In this document: positions 53,919 through 63,478 of the stretch, one piece after another
How the letters are laid out: each line of letters starts with the position of its first letter
Position numbering within the stretch: position 1 is the stretch's first letter
DNA from: Octopus bimaculoides
Taxonomy: Eukaryota
Assembly: GCF_001194135.2 (NCBI RefSeq)
Contig: NC_068989.1
Coordinates: forward strand, 86,107,050 to 86,171,049
Direction: 5' to 3'
DNA: 64,000 nucleotides
The notes under the pieces: model-generated
Told to the model about the DNA's origin: nothing
The model's input: the letters and a program-made list of their open reading frames with translations, nothing else
Database searches by the model: none
Translations under genes and position numbers: made by a program

Positions 53919-54241
53919 CATATATATGTATGTATATACATATATATATGCATATGTATGTATGTATGTATGTATATACACATGCATGTATCACACACAT
54001 ATATCATCATCATACTTCTGTCTTCTATGCTGGCGTATATAAATACATATGCACACACGCCCTAAGTACCCTTAGTGCGTCAGACACCCACTAAACACCA
54101 CACCCACAGCACACAACACAATGCTACACTTTCATGATCTCTCAAGTGTAACAAAATAATAACCTCTTTTCTATTCTCTCTTTACAACAGGTTGAGAAAG
54201 CATGGAAACTGTTACAAGGCCGACTATTGCCGAAAGACTGA
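34976..54241 (+). CDS. COASY: Bifunctional coenzyme A synthase (PPAT + dephospho-CoA kinase), 9 coding exons, 566 aa; join(34976..35681,37412..37626,40904..41044,42293..42422,43478..43605,44478..44559,46437..46537,49598..49744,54191..54241)
   Basis: All introns are GT-AG with matching phases (1,0,0,1,0,1,0,0); total 1701 nt. The N-terminus [19 protein letters not shown] resembles animal COASY. Motifs: nucleotidyltransferase HxGH ([12 protein letters not shown]), YGP..D...LVV.ET, KISSS, P-loop [20 protein letters not shown] and C-terminal QVEKAW.LLQ. An in-frame TAG at 34928 lies upstream of the ATG. Confidence 0.96.
35886..36012. mobile_element. Tc1/mariner-type MITE, 127 bp (copy 2, COASY intron)
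   Basis: Same family and length as 27974-28100, with slightly more decayed TIRs. Confidence 0.88.
36779..36904. pseudogene. Inverted dimer of tRNA-Thr-derived sequence
   Basis: The minus strand gives tagttcagtggtgagagcactggtcttgtaaaccaggg (anticodon TGT). The plus strand gives agagtactggtctggtaaaccaggagtcaggagttcgatcctcactgg (anticodon GGT, intact T-loop). Confidence 0.8.
37412..37626 (+). CDS. COASY: COASY coding exon 2 (PPAT core)
   Basis: Acceptor ccaacag|gg completes AGG (Arg); KVLSELLEP...YGPTITD...SKR; donor agg|gtgatt. Confidence 0.93.
38920..39200 (-). mobile_element. Old LINE RT C-terminal remnant (RTE-like)
   Basis: The minus-strand peptide [14 protein letters not shown] resembles the GHV.RM...R.PK.IL motif; the similarity is weak. 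Confidence 0.4.
40904..41044 (+). CDS. COASY: COASY coding exon 3 (PPAT C-terminus and linker; 141 nt, phase 0/0)
   Basis: tttccctctgtag|[10 protein letters not shown]...[22 protein letters not shown]|gtaagt. Confidence 0.94.
42293..42422 (+). CDS. COASY: COASY coding exon 4 (DPCK P-loop)
   Basis: ttgcag|[43 protein letters not shown] g|gtattt; P-loop at 42332-42364. Confidence 0.95.
43478..43605 (+). CDS. COASY: COASY coding exon 5 (DPCK)
   Basis: ttcctccctag|gt [42 protein letters not shown]|gtcagt. Confidence 0.95.
44478..44559 (+). CDS. COASY: COASY coding exon 6 (DPCK; absent in the correct frame from the ORF track)
   Basis: ctaacag|[27 protein letters not shown] g|gttggt. The 82 nt bridge phase 0 to phase 1 and match the DPCK L..L..I.WP.I motif. 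Confidence 0.92.
45926..45969. repeat. 16-bp tandem repeat x3 inside an RTE 3'-end copy
   Basis: ggagctgtccag(t/c)tag at 45926, 45942 and 45958. Confidence 0.85.
46437..46537 (+). CDS. COASY: COASY coding exon 7 (DPCK)
   Basis: ttttgttacag|aa [33 protein letters not shown]|gttcgt. Confidence 0.93.
49598..49744 (+). CDS. COASY: COASY coding exon 8 (DPCK lid region)
   Basis: tatcttcag|[49 protein letters not shown]|gtgagt. Confidence 0.95.
49835..50085. repeat. 23-bp minisatellite, 11 copies
   Basis: Unit ctggccagatccagcttttcac(a/g) starts at 49835 and repeats every 23 bp to 50065. Confidence 0.97.
50962..51052. repeat. Degenerate interstitial (CCCTAA)n-like tract
   Basis: accctaatcctaactctaac..aaccctaaccctaaacc..accctaac. 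Confidence 0.65.
52545..52775 (+). mobile_element. Tc1/mariner internal-deletion derivative (MITE)
   Basis: 35-bp TIRs c(t/a)gggt(g/t)ggccaaaagtcacc(c/t)gacagtaaatcaa; the interior keeps [19 protein letters not shown]. Confidence 0.82.
54191..54241 (+). CDS. COASY: COASY terminal coding exon
   Basis: ctctctttacaacag|[16 protein letters not shown] with TGA at 54239-54241. Confidence 0.94.
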   Translation, partial: VEKAWKLLQGRLLPKD

Positions 54242-54267
54242 GGCGAATGTTTGTTTATATTTTAAGG

Positions 54268-54273
54268 AATAAA
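54268..54273 (+). terminator. Polyadenylation signal of COASY
   Basis: AATAAA 27 nt after the stop codon, followed by T/GT-rich sequence (ctgtctttggttttctc). Confidence 0.7.
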
Positions 54274-54998
54274 TTTTAAATCATGTATTACTGGTACTGT
54301 CTTTGGTTTTCTCATTGCTGTTGTTGAGTGGTCGGGTGGTTGAGGTATTTGATTCATGATTGTAAGGTTATGTTTTCAATATCTGGTGGTGTGTTGTGTC
54401 CTTGCGCAAGCCTCTTTATTCCACGTTGCTCCAGTTCACTCAGCCGGCAAAACTGAGTTGTACCTGTAATTCAAAGGGGCCAGCCTTGTCACATTCTATG
54501 TGATGCTAAATCTCAGTGAGAATGTGCATCTGTGGAGTGCTCAGCCACTTGCATGGTAATTTCACGTGCTGGCTGTTGATCATATCAGCTGGTGCTTTCA
54601 TCATTGTAACCAACGCTGTGCCAGTTTCACACCAAGTCAAAGTTGTTTGATCTTCTAATCATAGATCTTCTCTGTTTGGCTTTCACTTTTTGGAAGTTTA
54701 AAATTTAGTGAAAATTCTCAAATTTAGTAAATTGATGTAATTTTTCATACTGAATCTGATGATGTTTATTCACTTGTGCCAGAAAAATTTTAGAAGAATA
54801 TTACAGCTGTTTAAAGTTTGATATATATATATATANNNNNNNNNNNNNNNNNNNNNNNNNNNNNNNNNNNNNNNNNNNNNNNNNNNNNNNNNNNNNNNNN
54901 NNNNNNNNNNNNNNNNNNNNNNNNNNNNNNNNNNNNNNNNNNNNNNNNNNNNNNNNNNNNNNNNNNNNNNNNNNNNNNNNNNNNNNNNNNNNNNNNNN

Positions 54999-55045
<47 letters not shown>

Positions 55046-55685
55046 TAATAATTTTGAGAAAAACCACCAAGATGCAATTCAAGCAATGTAGAAGATCAGA
55101 CACCATCAAGAAAATCGTACTCTTCAAAATACTGATTTAAAAAAACTATAAAATCCAAAAGAAAATTTATAATCTATAAAATAATAGATTAAACATTTAA
55201 TTCAGTTTAGTAAATTTATAAAAACGAAAGTGAATAATGGACTACGCGCGTTTCGTTACCACGTAATAGTAGAAAGGATCTGTGCAATTTACAATAAATC
55301 GATCAAGATAAGTTCCACTCAGAATGAGGACACTATTCAGGTCTTGAAAATTAAAAAAAAACGTATCCTGATATTTAAAAATGCAAATAAAATAGGAAAA
55401 AGTAGAAATATCTGTGTGTTAAGGAAAGCACTTATTAGTACAATACATAAAATGTCAAGTTTTTATAATAATCATCTGTCAACGCTAAAGGCATAATTCG
55501 TCTAATGAAGAAATACTTTCTGTGGATTAAGAAGAGGAAAGTATATAAAAAGATAGTGTTATTAACTAATAAATGAATACGGACGTTACACAGTATTAAT
55601 AAAAAGAACAGCATCACTTATCTTATTGAAGACTCCTTGTTGACTGTGGTATTACCCAAGAGGCGTAGAAATTTATACGATGTGT

Positions 55686-55776
55686 ATCACGTGACAAAAT
55701 GGCGTTCCTTCGTGACCACAAGTATTAAACTTTCTTTGTAGAATTAAAATATGTAAATCACGTGACAATATGGCGT
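55686..55776 (+). promoter_or_regulatory. Duplicated E-box + YY1-like composite motif
   Basis: ATCACGTGACAAAATGGCGT (55686-55705) and ATCACGTGACAATATGGCGT (55757-55776). Confidence 0.5.
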
Positions 55777-55781
55777 AATAA

Positions 55782-55882
<101 letters not shown>

Positions 55883-56319
55883 GTCTGTTTTTATGTTCAA
55901 ACAATTTTACGTTAATCTGATTGATTACTCTATACTTTTGTAGTGTACAAATTTAGTATTCTTATACATCAATGTTATTGACAGTGACTTCGAAGGTTCG
56001 GCCTGTTAAACCATTGTCGGACATATATATGATGTAATAGTGTGGAGGTATATCGTTTTAGCTGTAAAGCTATATAAGTTTTATATACATCCAACCCTTG
56101 AATCAAAATCGGTGTATGACCTGGCCATTTACATGAGTAATGATGCATCTTTCCAGGTGCATATTACTAAGTTGGCGATAAAGTGTAGATGACTGGCCGG
56201 ATGGCTCTATAGAACGTTCAGAACGAAAGAACAGGAAACCATGATGGTTCTCTGGCGGACATTTCACTTCAGCTGTTTAGATTAATGCTTTCAAATATGG
56301 TCACCACGCAGTGTAAAAT

Positions 56320-56790
56320 AAACTCCGGAACTCGATGCAATCCAGGAAGCTACACAAAGAAGATCGTCTCAGTGAGACATGTCAGCTACTGGAAAAGTTA
56401 AAACTCTACTCCCAAGAACGAAGGTGGGAAAGATATGCAGTGAGATACATCTGGAAAATCTTAGAAGAACTTGTAGCAAACTTTGGTATTGAAAGTTACA
56501 CAAATGGCAGAATGGGGTGCCACTGCATAGTGCCAAATATCCCAACATTGCTATCAAGATACAGGATCAGACACTGTAACAACTTGAGTTTCAAGTGCTC
56601 AGAACTCTTCAATATCCTCCCAAAAAGTCTGAGAGACCTACTTGGAGTGGATGTAGGCGTTTTCAAAACAAAACTAGATCTCTTCCTGTCAAGAGTTCCG
56701 GATGAACCAACCACGTGGCAATAAACGCAGATGAAGGCAGCAACATCATAAACTTCCTCATTCACCAAATGCCACATGTTAGAGGAGGTT
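56320..56790 (+). mobile_element. CR1/Jockey-group LINE 3' end
   Basis: Open 129-aa frame with LEKLKLYSQERRWERY..IWKIL, ELFNILPKSLRDL and FKTKLDLFLSRVPDEP, typical of the ORF2 C-terminus. Confidence 0.8.
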
Positions 56791-56869
56791 TTGCAAGCTC
56801 TTCTTCTGAATCCATTGCAAGCATTTCGTCCCTGAGCCTTAGTAAAGTAGCGTGGGCTGAATTAGTCTT

Positions 56870-57170
56870 CGCTTGTGGAAGGGTTCCACCTACGGTCATT
56901 TGTCAACCACAGCTGCCTTGAACTGGTCTCAGCTGCCATTCCTACCTCTTTGGCGGCTTTCATCAAGTTGTCTAGGCTCTAGACCAATCTTCTGCAGGAA
57001 ATCTAGCCAGAAATCCGTGGCAACCGACTTCAACAAGAAATGAGGCAATGCACCAGGGGTCTTGACAAGGGCCTCATCAGCCAACTCCTGATATTTGGTT
57101 TGCTCTTGTTCGTGGCAAATGTCAAACCTGTCCTTCTGTTAGAGTTGTCAAGTGGGAAAATGTTCACAAT
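56870..57170 (-). mobile_element. HERO-like (restriction-like endonuclease) non-LTR element C-terminal fragment
   Basis: Three successive frames give HEQEQTKYQELADE, FLVEVGCHGFLA and AAETSSRQLWL, matching the HE.K..KY..L / EVGCRGF / AE.ASRWLW pattern. Confidence 0.65.
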
Positions 57171-58521
57171 ATGTTAGTGAATTTGCGTAATGTAGTCATT
57201 AAGCTTTGCCTTTTTAGGTTTGGTTTAAAACGAAACCAAGATCTGTAGTTGAAAAGTTCATCCATTTTAATTCACTGCAGAGTAATTCTTGGCTTGCAGC
57301 ATTCTCATTAAAGTTGTTAATTTTAACATAAATTTCTAGTATATCAAGGAAGTCAGCAGTTAGTAGATGTTTGTTAATAAAGGACATTGCTCTTGGCGCT
57401 GCCAGTTTAAACATGTCCTGTATTTCTTCATGAAATAGGAGTTCTTAAGAGCAGAGTCTAAGGCGAGGGAAGGAATGCTTATATGCCGTATTTGACTTTA
57501 AAAAAAATCTAAAAAAAAAAAGCAAACAAAAACCCCGAAAAACCCTACTCTTAGTCCTATATATGAAGTTAGGCCTCCTGTAAAGTAATTTAGTCCTTGG
57601 CAATTGCTGTTACTTCTGTCAAGTTTTTCTCCATAATAATGGTTTCAAATTTTAGGGAAAGAAGGAAGTTGATATCATCGACCCCAGTACTTGACAGGTA
57701 CTTATTTCATCGACTCCTGAAAGGATGAAAGGCAAAGTCGACCTTGGCAGTATTTGAATTCAGAGCGTAAAATCAGGAGAAATAGCGCTAAGCATTTTAA
57801 TTCGACGTGCTAACGATTCTGCCAGCGGATTACCTGAATTGTTTGCGGCGTTATTTGAACTCTCACCGTTGTTATCCTCACCGGTGCATGTTCCAGCATG
57901 ACCTTGTCCTTTGCCAGACATCCATTCTCATCCCAGTTCATAGATCGGAAATTACGGTACACGAATGTATGTCATTTTTTTTCCATGTTAATTATCCTAC
58001 ATTTTAGAGAGGACCGTGAACCATCGAAAAAAGCGTAAGGGGACCGGCACGTAAAATTGTTTGTAAAGTTCGAGAACCACTGCATTAGACTTTCATATAC
58101 ACAGTTAAACCATCATCATCGTCATCGTCATCGTCGTCATCGTCGTCGTCGTCCTCCTCGTCCTCCTCCTCGTCTCCTCTTCGTCGTCGTCGTTGTCGTC
58201 GTCGTCGTCCTCCTCCTCATCATCGATTTAACGTCTACTTTTCCATGCTCGTATGGGTCAGACGGAATTTTGTTGAGGCGGATTTTCTACGGCCGGATGC
58301 CCTACCTGTCACCAATCACTATCTGTTTCCAAGCAAGGTAACATTTCTCTATAACCAGACATGTTTTTACAGAAGACTGGAAACAAAAGACACCGCTAGC
58401 ATAACGGTGACATTCTTTTACAACCACCACGAAATGTCTAGGCATGGAGAGAGTAATACGCGCGCACACACACATGGATTCTTAGACGGTGTATGTATAT
58501 ATAATATAATATATACATGTA

Positions 58522-58558
<37 letters not shown>

Positions 58559-59083
58559 NNNNNNNNNNNNNNNNNNNNNNNNNNNNNNNNNNNNNNNNNN
58601 NNNNNNNNNNNNNNNNNNNNNNNNNNNNNNNNNNNNNNNNNNNNNNNNNNNNNNNNNNNNNNNNNNNNNNNNNNNNNNNNNNNNNNNNNNNNNNNNNNNN
58701 NNNNNNNNNNNNNNNNNNNNNNNNNNNNNNNNNNNNNNNNNNNNNNNNNNNNNNNNNNNNNNNNNNNNNNNNNNNNNNNNNNNNNNNNNNNNNNNNNNNN
58801 NNNNNNNNNNNNNNNNNNNNNNNNNNNNNNNNNNNNNNNNNNNNNNNNNNNNNNNNNNNNNNNNNNNNNNNNTTGTGGGCAATAAAGAAATAAGATCGGC
58901 CGTAATGGATATATAATACAGTACGCATCGATTAATATGCACACACACACACACACACACACACAAAAGCACCGTCTAAGAATCCATTGCCATCTCTGAA
59001 GAGCACAAGGTTACATAATCAGACTATTACATAACACTCCGTTGAACCCCTAGTTCGAAACCGATCAAGATCGGCCGTAATGG

Positions 59084-59311
59084 CGGCGAGCTGGCAGAAA
59101 CGTTAGCACGCCAGACGAAATGCTCAGCGGTATTTCGTCTGCCGTTACGTTCTGAGTTCAAAATCCGCCGAGGTCGACTTTGCCTTTCATCCTTTCGGGG
59201 TCGATAAATTAAGTACCAGTTACGCACTGGAGTCGATGTAATCGACTTAATACCTTTGTCTGTTCTTGTTTGTCCCCTCTGTGTTTAGTCCCTTGTGGGC
59301 AATAAAGAAAT
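59084..59311 (+). mobile_element. SINE family C, full length with 17-bp TSD. Other copies at about 22568-22795(-), 23555-23730(-), 34330-34545(+), 38483-38695(-), 38715-38915(-), 40585-40816(+), 41843-42040(-), 46165-46320(+), 57645-57830(-)
   Basis: Head gagctggcagaa..gagttcaaatcc, core gaggtcgactttgcctttcatcctttcggggtcgataaattaagtacc, and TSD aagatcggccgtaatgg at 59067-59083 and 59312-59328. Confidence 0.9.
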
Positions 59312-59357
59312 AAGATCGGCCGTAATGGATATATAATACAGTACGCATCGATTAATA

Positions 59358-59391
<34 letters not shown>

Positions 59392-59597
59392 GAGAAATTT
59401 GTGCGTGGATTTGGTAGACGTAACCTGAGAAAACCCAGCTGTGTGTGTGTTTGTGTATATGTGTCATGCTTTTTTTTCTAGTAGCAGCCCAAAACGACGT
59501 CGTAAATGTGCGACACTTCTCGGAAAGCAACGACAGTCTGTTCTGTTTTCTACGAACTGTAACGTCAGAATGTTAATTATGCTTGGTGAGAACGGAT

Positions 59598-60368
59598 TTA
59601 ACCCATCGCCTGCCATTAGCCCCATTTGGAGATCTATTAAAAACAGTCTCACTGCGGGTTGTTCGTTGCATTTAAAGTGAATTGCTTATGTATATTGGGA
59701 TCTATTTCAAAACGGGGGCACCAGTATTTTCTTAACGAAACACTAACGAAACACTTTGAAACTTGGGACACTGGTAGAATGTGTCATATAAAACATCTTT
59801 TNNNNNNNNNNGGGATTAATACGATATACACCGTTACAGCGCTAACTGTTTTCAACTGAATAGACGTCAGTGATTAGTAGAAATTATCGAAATAAGACAA
59901 TTTTTTACATGAAATAGATCCGTATATTGCATTTGCAGAGGTGTGTTTATTAATATTTAGTAGTTAAAGTTTGTCATTATTAGCTCTGGCTAATTCTGGA
60001 GGAAGTGGATTGGTAGCACAATTAGAAAGGACACACCAAATGCAGCTAAAAGCGCTTTACAGTGGAATCCGGATGGATATAGAAAGAGGGGTAGGCCTAA
60101 GAACTCGTGGCGTAGATCAACACAAAAGGAACTAGAGAAAGGGGGACATTCATGGCAGAGTATAAGTACAGAAGCGAGAAATTATGCGACATGGAATTCA
60201 ATTATAAGTGGCCTACACTCCGCGTTGGAGGGTTAAAGGCAAGAAGAATTCTGGAGGACATTTTGTGTCATAAATTGCAAATTGTGAACTACAAAAATAC
60301 TGACTGTTTTGAAAAAGCCATTTTTTTTTTTTGCATTTCCCATTTATATCATCCATTGATATTTCATA
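59598..60368 (+). mobile_element. piggyBac-like non-autonomous element (second copy at about 23128-23500)
   Basis: It starts TTAA|CCC and shares several 50-80 bp blocks with 23170-23390 (e.g. ttattaatatttagtagttaaagtttgtcatt). The right end is in a gap. Confidence 0.45.
60004..60246 (+). mobile_element. Young 5'-truncated RTE (second RTE family) with 12-bp TSD
   Basis: Stop-free frame 60000-60236 RKWIGSTIRK..ALQWNPDGYRKRGRPKNSWRR..GLHSALEG*, a short aagaag tail, and aattctggagga at both 59992-60003 and 60247-60258. Confidence 0.85.
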
Positions 60369-61319
60369 NNNNNNNNNNNNNNNNNNNNNNNNNNNNNNNN
60401 NNNNNNNNNNNNNNNNNNNNNNNNNNNNNNNNNNNNNNNNNNNNNNNNNNNNNNNNNNNNNNNNNNNNNNNNNNNNNNNNNNNNNNNNNNNNNNNNNNNN
60501 NNNNNNNNNNNNNNNNNNNNNNNNNNNNNNNNNNNNNNNNNNNNNNNNNNNNNNNNNNNNNNNNNNNNNNNNNNNNNNNNNNNNNNNNNNNNNNNNNNNN
60601 NNNNNNNNNNNNNNNNNNNNNNNNNNNNNNNNNNNNNNNNNNNNNNNNNNNNNNNNNNNNNNNNNNNNNNNNNNNNNNNNNNNNNNNNNNNNNNNNNNNN
60701 NNNNNNNNNNNNNNNNNNNNNNNNNNNNNNNNNNNNNNNNNNNNNNNNNNNNNNNNNNNNNNNNNNNNNNNNNNNNNNNNNNNNNNNNNNNNNNNNNNNN
60801 NNNNNNNNNNNNNNNNNNNNNNNNNNNNNNNNNNNNNNNNNNNNNNNNNNNNNNNNNNNNNNNNNNNNNNNNNNNNNNNNNNNNNNNNNNNNNNNNNNNN
60901 NNNNNNNNNNNNNNNNNNNNNNNNNNNNNNNNNNNNNNNNNNNNNNNNNNNNNNNNNNNNNNNNNNNNNNNNNNNNNNNNNNNNNNNNNNNNNNNNNNNN
61001 NNNNNNNNNNNNNNNNNNNNNNNNNNNNNNNNNNNNNNNNNNNNNNNNNNNNNNNNNNNNNNNNNNNNNNNNNNNNNNNNNNNNNNNNNNNNNNNNNNNN
61101 NNNNNNNNNNNNNNNNNNNNNNNNNNNNNNNNNNNNNNNNNNNNNNNNNNNNNNNNNNNNNNNNNNNNNNNNNNNNNNNNNNNNNNNNNTTCTATTAGTC
61201 TGTTTTGCCGAACCGCTATGTTTGGGGGACGTAAACATACTAGTACAGGTTGTCAAGCAATGGTGGGGGGACAAACGCAGATACAAAGACATACACACAC
61301 ATGCACACGCACGCACGCA

Positions 61320-61362
<43 letters not shown>

Positions 61363-63009
61363 CACCGCCTTATATGTAATAATAATAATAATAATAATAG
61401 TGAACCCAGAACCATGTGGTTGGTAAGCAAGCTACTTACCACACACACACGCATACATACATGCATGCATATATATATACATACATACATACATACATAG
61501 GCTTTGGTCGGCCCGAGGCTATAGTAAAAGGTGCCACGCTGTGGGAATGAACCCGGAACCATGTGGTTGGTAAGCAAGCTACTTACCACACAGCCACTCC
61601 TGCGCCTATGTATATATATTATAATGGGGGAAACCGGATTATGGGGGTTATCCTGGGTTTCTCGTCCATAAGGGGTTTAGTCTTACGGCGTATCGTCAGA
61701 CCCAAACGGCTTGGGGTCTGACAATACGCCGTAAGGCCAAACCCCTTATGGACGAGATATCCAGAATAATCCCATAATCTACATCTTAGAGTGTGCTTCT
61801 TCTTCGGATTTATGTTTTTCTAAATGTGTATATTTATGTGCGAATCTTTGTGTGTGCACTTGTCCTCACCCCCACCATCGCTTGACAACCGATGCTGGTG
61901 TGTTTACGCCCCCGTAACCTAGCGGTTCGGCAAAAGAGTCCGATAGAATAAATACTAGGCTTACAAAGAATAAGTCCTGTGGTCGATTTGTTCGTCTAAA
62001 AGGCGGTGCTCCAGCATGGCCGCAGTCAAATCACTGAAACAGATAAAAGGATAAAAGAACGAAGTGGTTGTACTTCCACAACGCACAAAATATTTGAACA
62101 ATTCCTAACAATATTTAATCATAAAAGTATGAAACGATTATCGTGAATATTGAATGGTTATGAGGATCCATCCGAATGAAATAAGAACCGAACGGTCGAG
62201 AACCACTGATTTGACCTATNNNNNNNNNNNNNNNNNNNNNNNNNNNNNNNNNNNNNNNNNNNNNNNNNNNNNNNNNNNNNNNNNNNNNNNNNNNNNNNNN
62301 NNNNNNNNNNNNNNNNNNNNNNNNNNNNNNNNNNNNNNNNNNNNNNNNNNNNNNNNNNNNNNNNNNNNNNNNNNNNNNNNNNNNNNNNNNNNNNNNNNNN
62401 NNNNNNNNNNNNNNNNNNNNNNNNNNNNNNNNNNNNNNNNNNNNNNNNNNNNNNNNNNNNNNNNNNNNNNNNNNNNNNNNNNNNNNNNNNNNNNNNNNNN
62501 NNNNNNNNNNNNNNNNNNNNNNNNNNNNNNNNNNNNNNNNNNNNNNNNNNNNNNNNNNNNNNNNNNNNNNNNNNNNNNNNNNNNNNNNNNNNNNNNNNNN
62601 NNNNNNNNNNNNNNNNNNNNNNNNNNNNNNNNNNNNNNNNNNNNNNNNNNNNNNNNNNNNNNNNNNNNNNNNNNNNNNNNNNNNNNNNNNNNNNNNNNNN
62701 NNNNNNNNNNNNNNNNNNNNNNNNNNNNNNNNNNNNNNNNNNNNNNNNNNNNNNNNNNNNNNNNNNNNNNNNNNNNNNNNNNNNNNNNNNNNNNNNNNNN
62801 NNNNNNNNNNNNNNNNNNNNNNNNNNNNNNNNNNNNNNNNNNNNNNNNNNNNNNNNNNNNNNNNNNNNNNNNNNNNNNNNNNNNNNNNNNNNNNNNNNNN
62901 NNNNNNNNNNNNNNNNNNNNNNNNNNNNNNNNNNNNNNNNNNNNNNNNNNNNNNNNNNNNNNNNNNNNNNNNNNNNNNNNNNNNNNNNNNNNNNNNNNNN
63001 NNNNNNNNN

Positions 63010-63163
63010 AAGGTCAAACAATTGACAAGCAAATCTGTGGTATTGAGCAGAATATTTGCTGTAGCCCATCTTTTATATCAAGACAAAACAATTTACATGA
63101 TAACACTTCCAATCAGTTAAGATCAGAAGCCATGAGAGCCACTGCCTGGTACTGCATCCGGGA

Positions 63164-63195
<32 letters not shown>

Positions 63196-63197
63196 GA
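63010..63197 (+). mobile_element. Probable LINE/SINE 3' end with (TTA)n tail
   Basis: gatcagaagccatgagagccactgcctggtactgcatc is followed directly by (tta)n; the 5' part is hidden in a gap. Confidence 0.45.
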
Positions 63198-63404
63198 TAG
63201 AAAGGTGAGTTCTTAACTTTTGTATACGATTGACACAATCCATCACTAAGGTAAACATAGCTGACGTAATCCATCACCAAGGCCAACTTAATGACAAAAA
63301 GCTCAACTCGAAAGTAACTTATTTATTGGTGCTTTGAACAATATTTCGGCATCTCGCGTAACTTCCACAGGTTCAAAATAAAATAAATGTCAGTCTAATT
63401 CGTC

Positions 63405-63478
63405 ACTGCCTGGAATCGAACACGGAATCTTGGGATTAGTAGCCCGCGCTCTTAACCACTACGCTATATGCCCGTTGA
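63405..63478 (-). mobile_element. tRNA-like SINE head (further family)
   Basis: gggcatatagcgtagtggttaagagcgcgggctactaatcccaagattccgtgttcgattccagg carries A- and B-boxes, but the acceptor and anticodon stems are imperfect. Confidence 0.6.

Noticed and set aside
60152-63200. Long ORFs (300-389 aa) in the ORF track
   Set aside because: They consist of X residues spanning N-gaps (60369-61189 and 62220-63009). The same applies to ORFs over the other gaps.
63405-63478. Functional tRNA gene
   Set aside because: The stems pair poorly and the sequence runs into repeat-like body; better explained as a SINE head.
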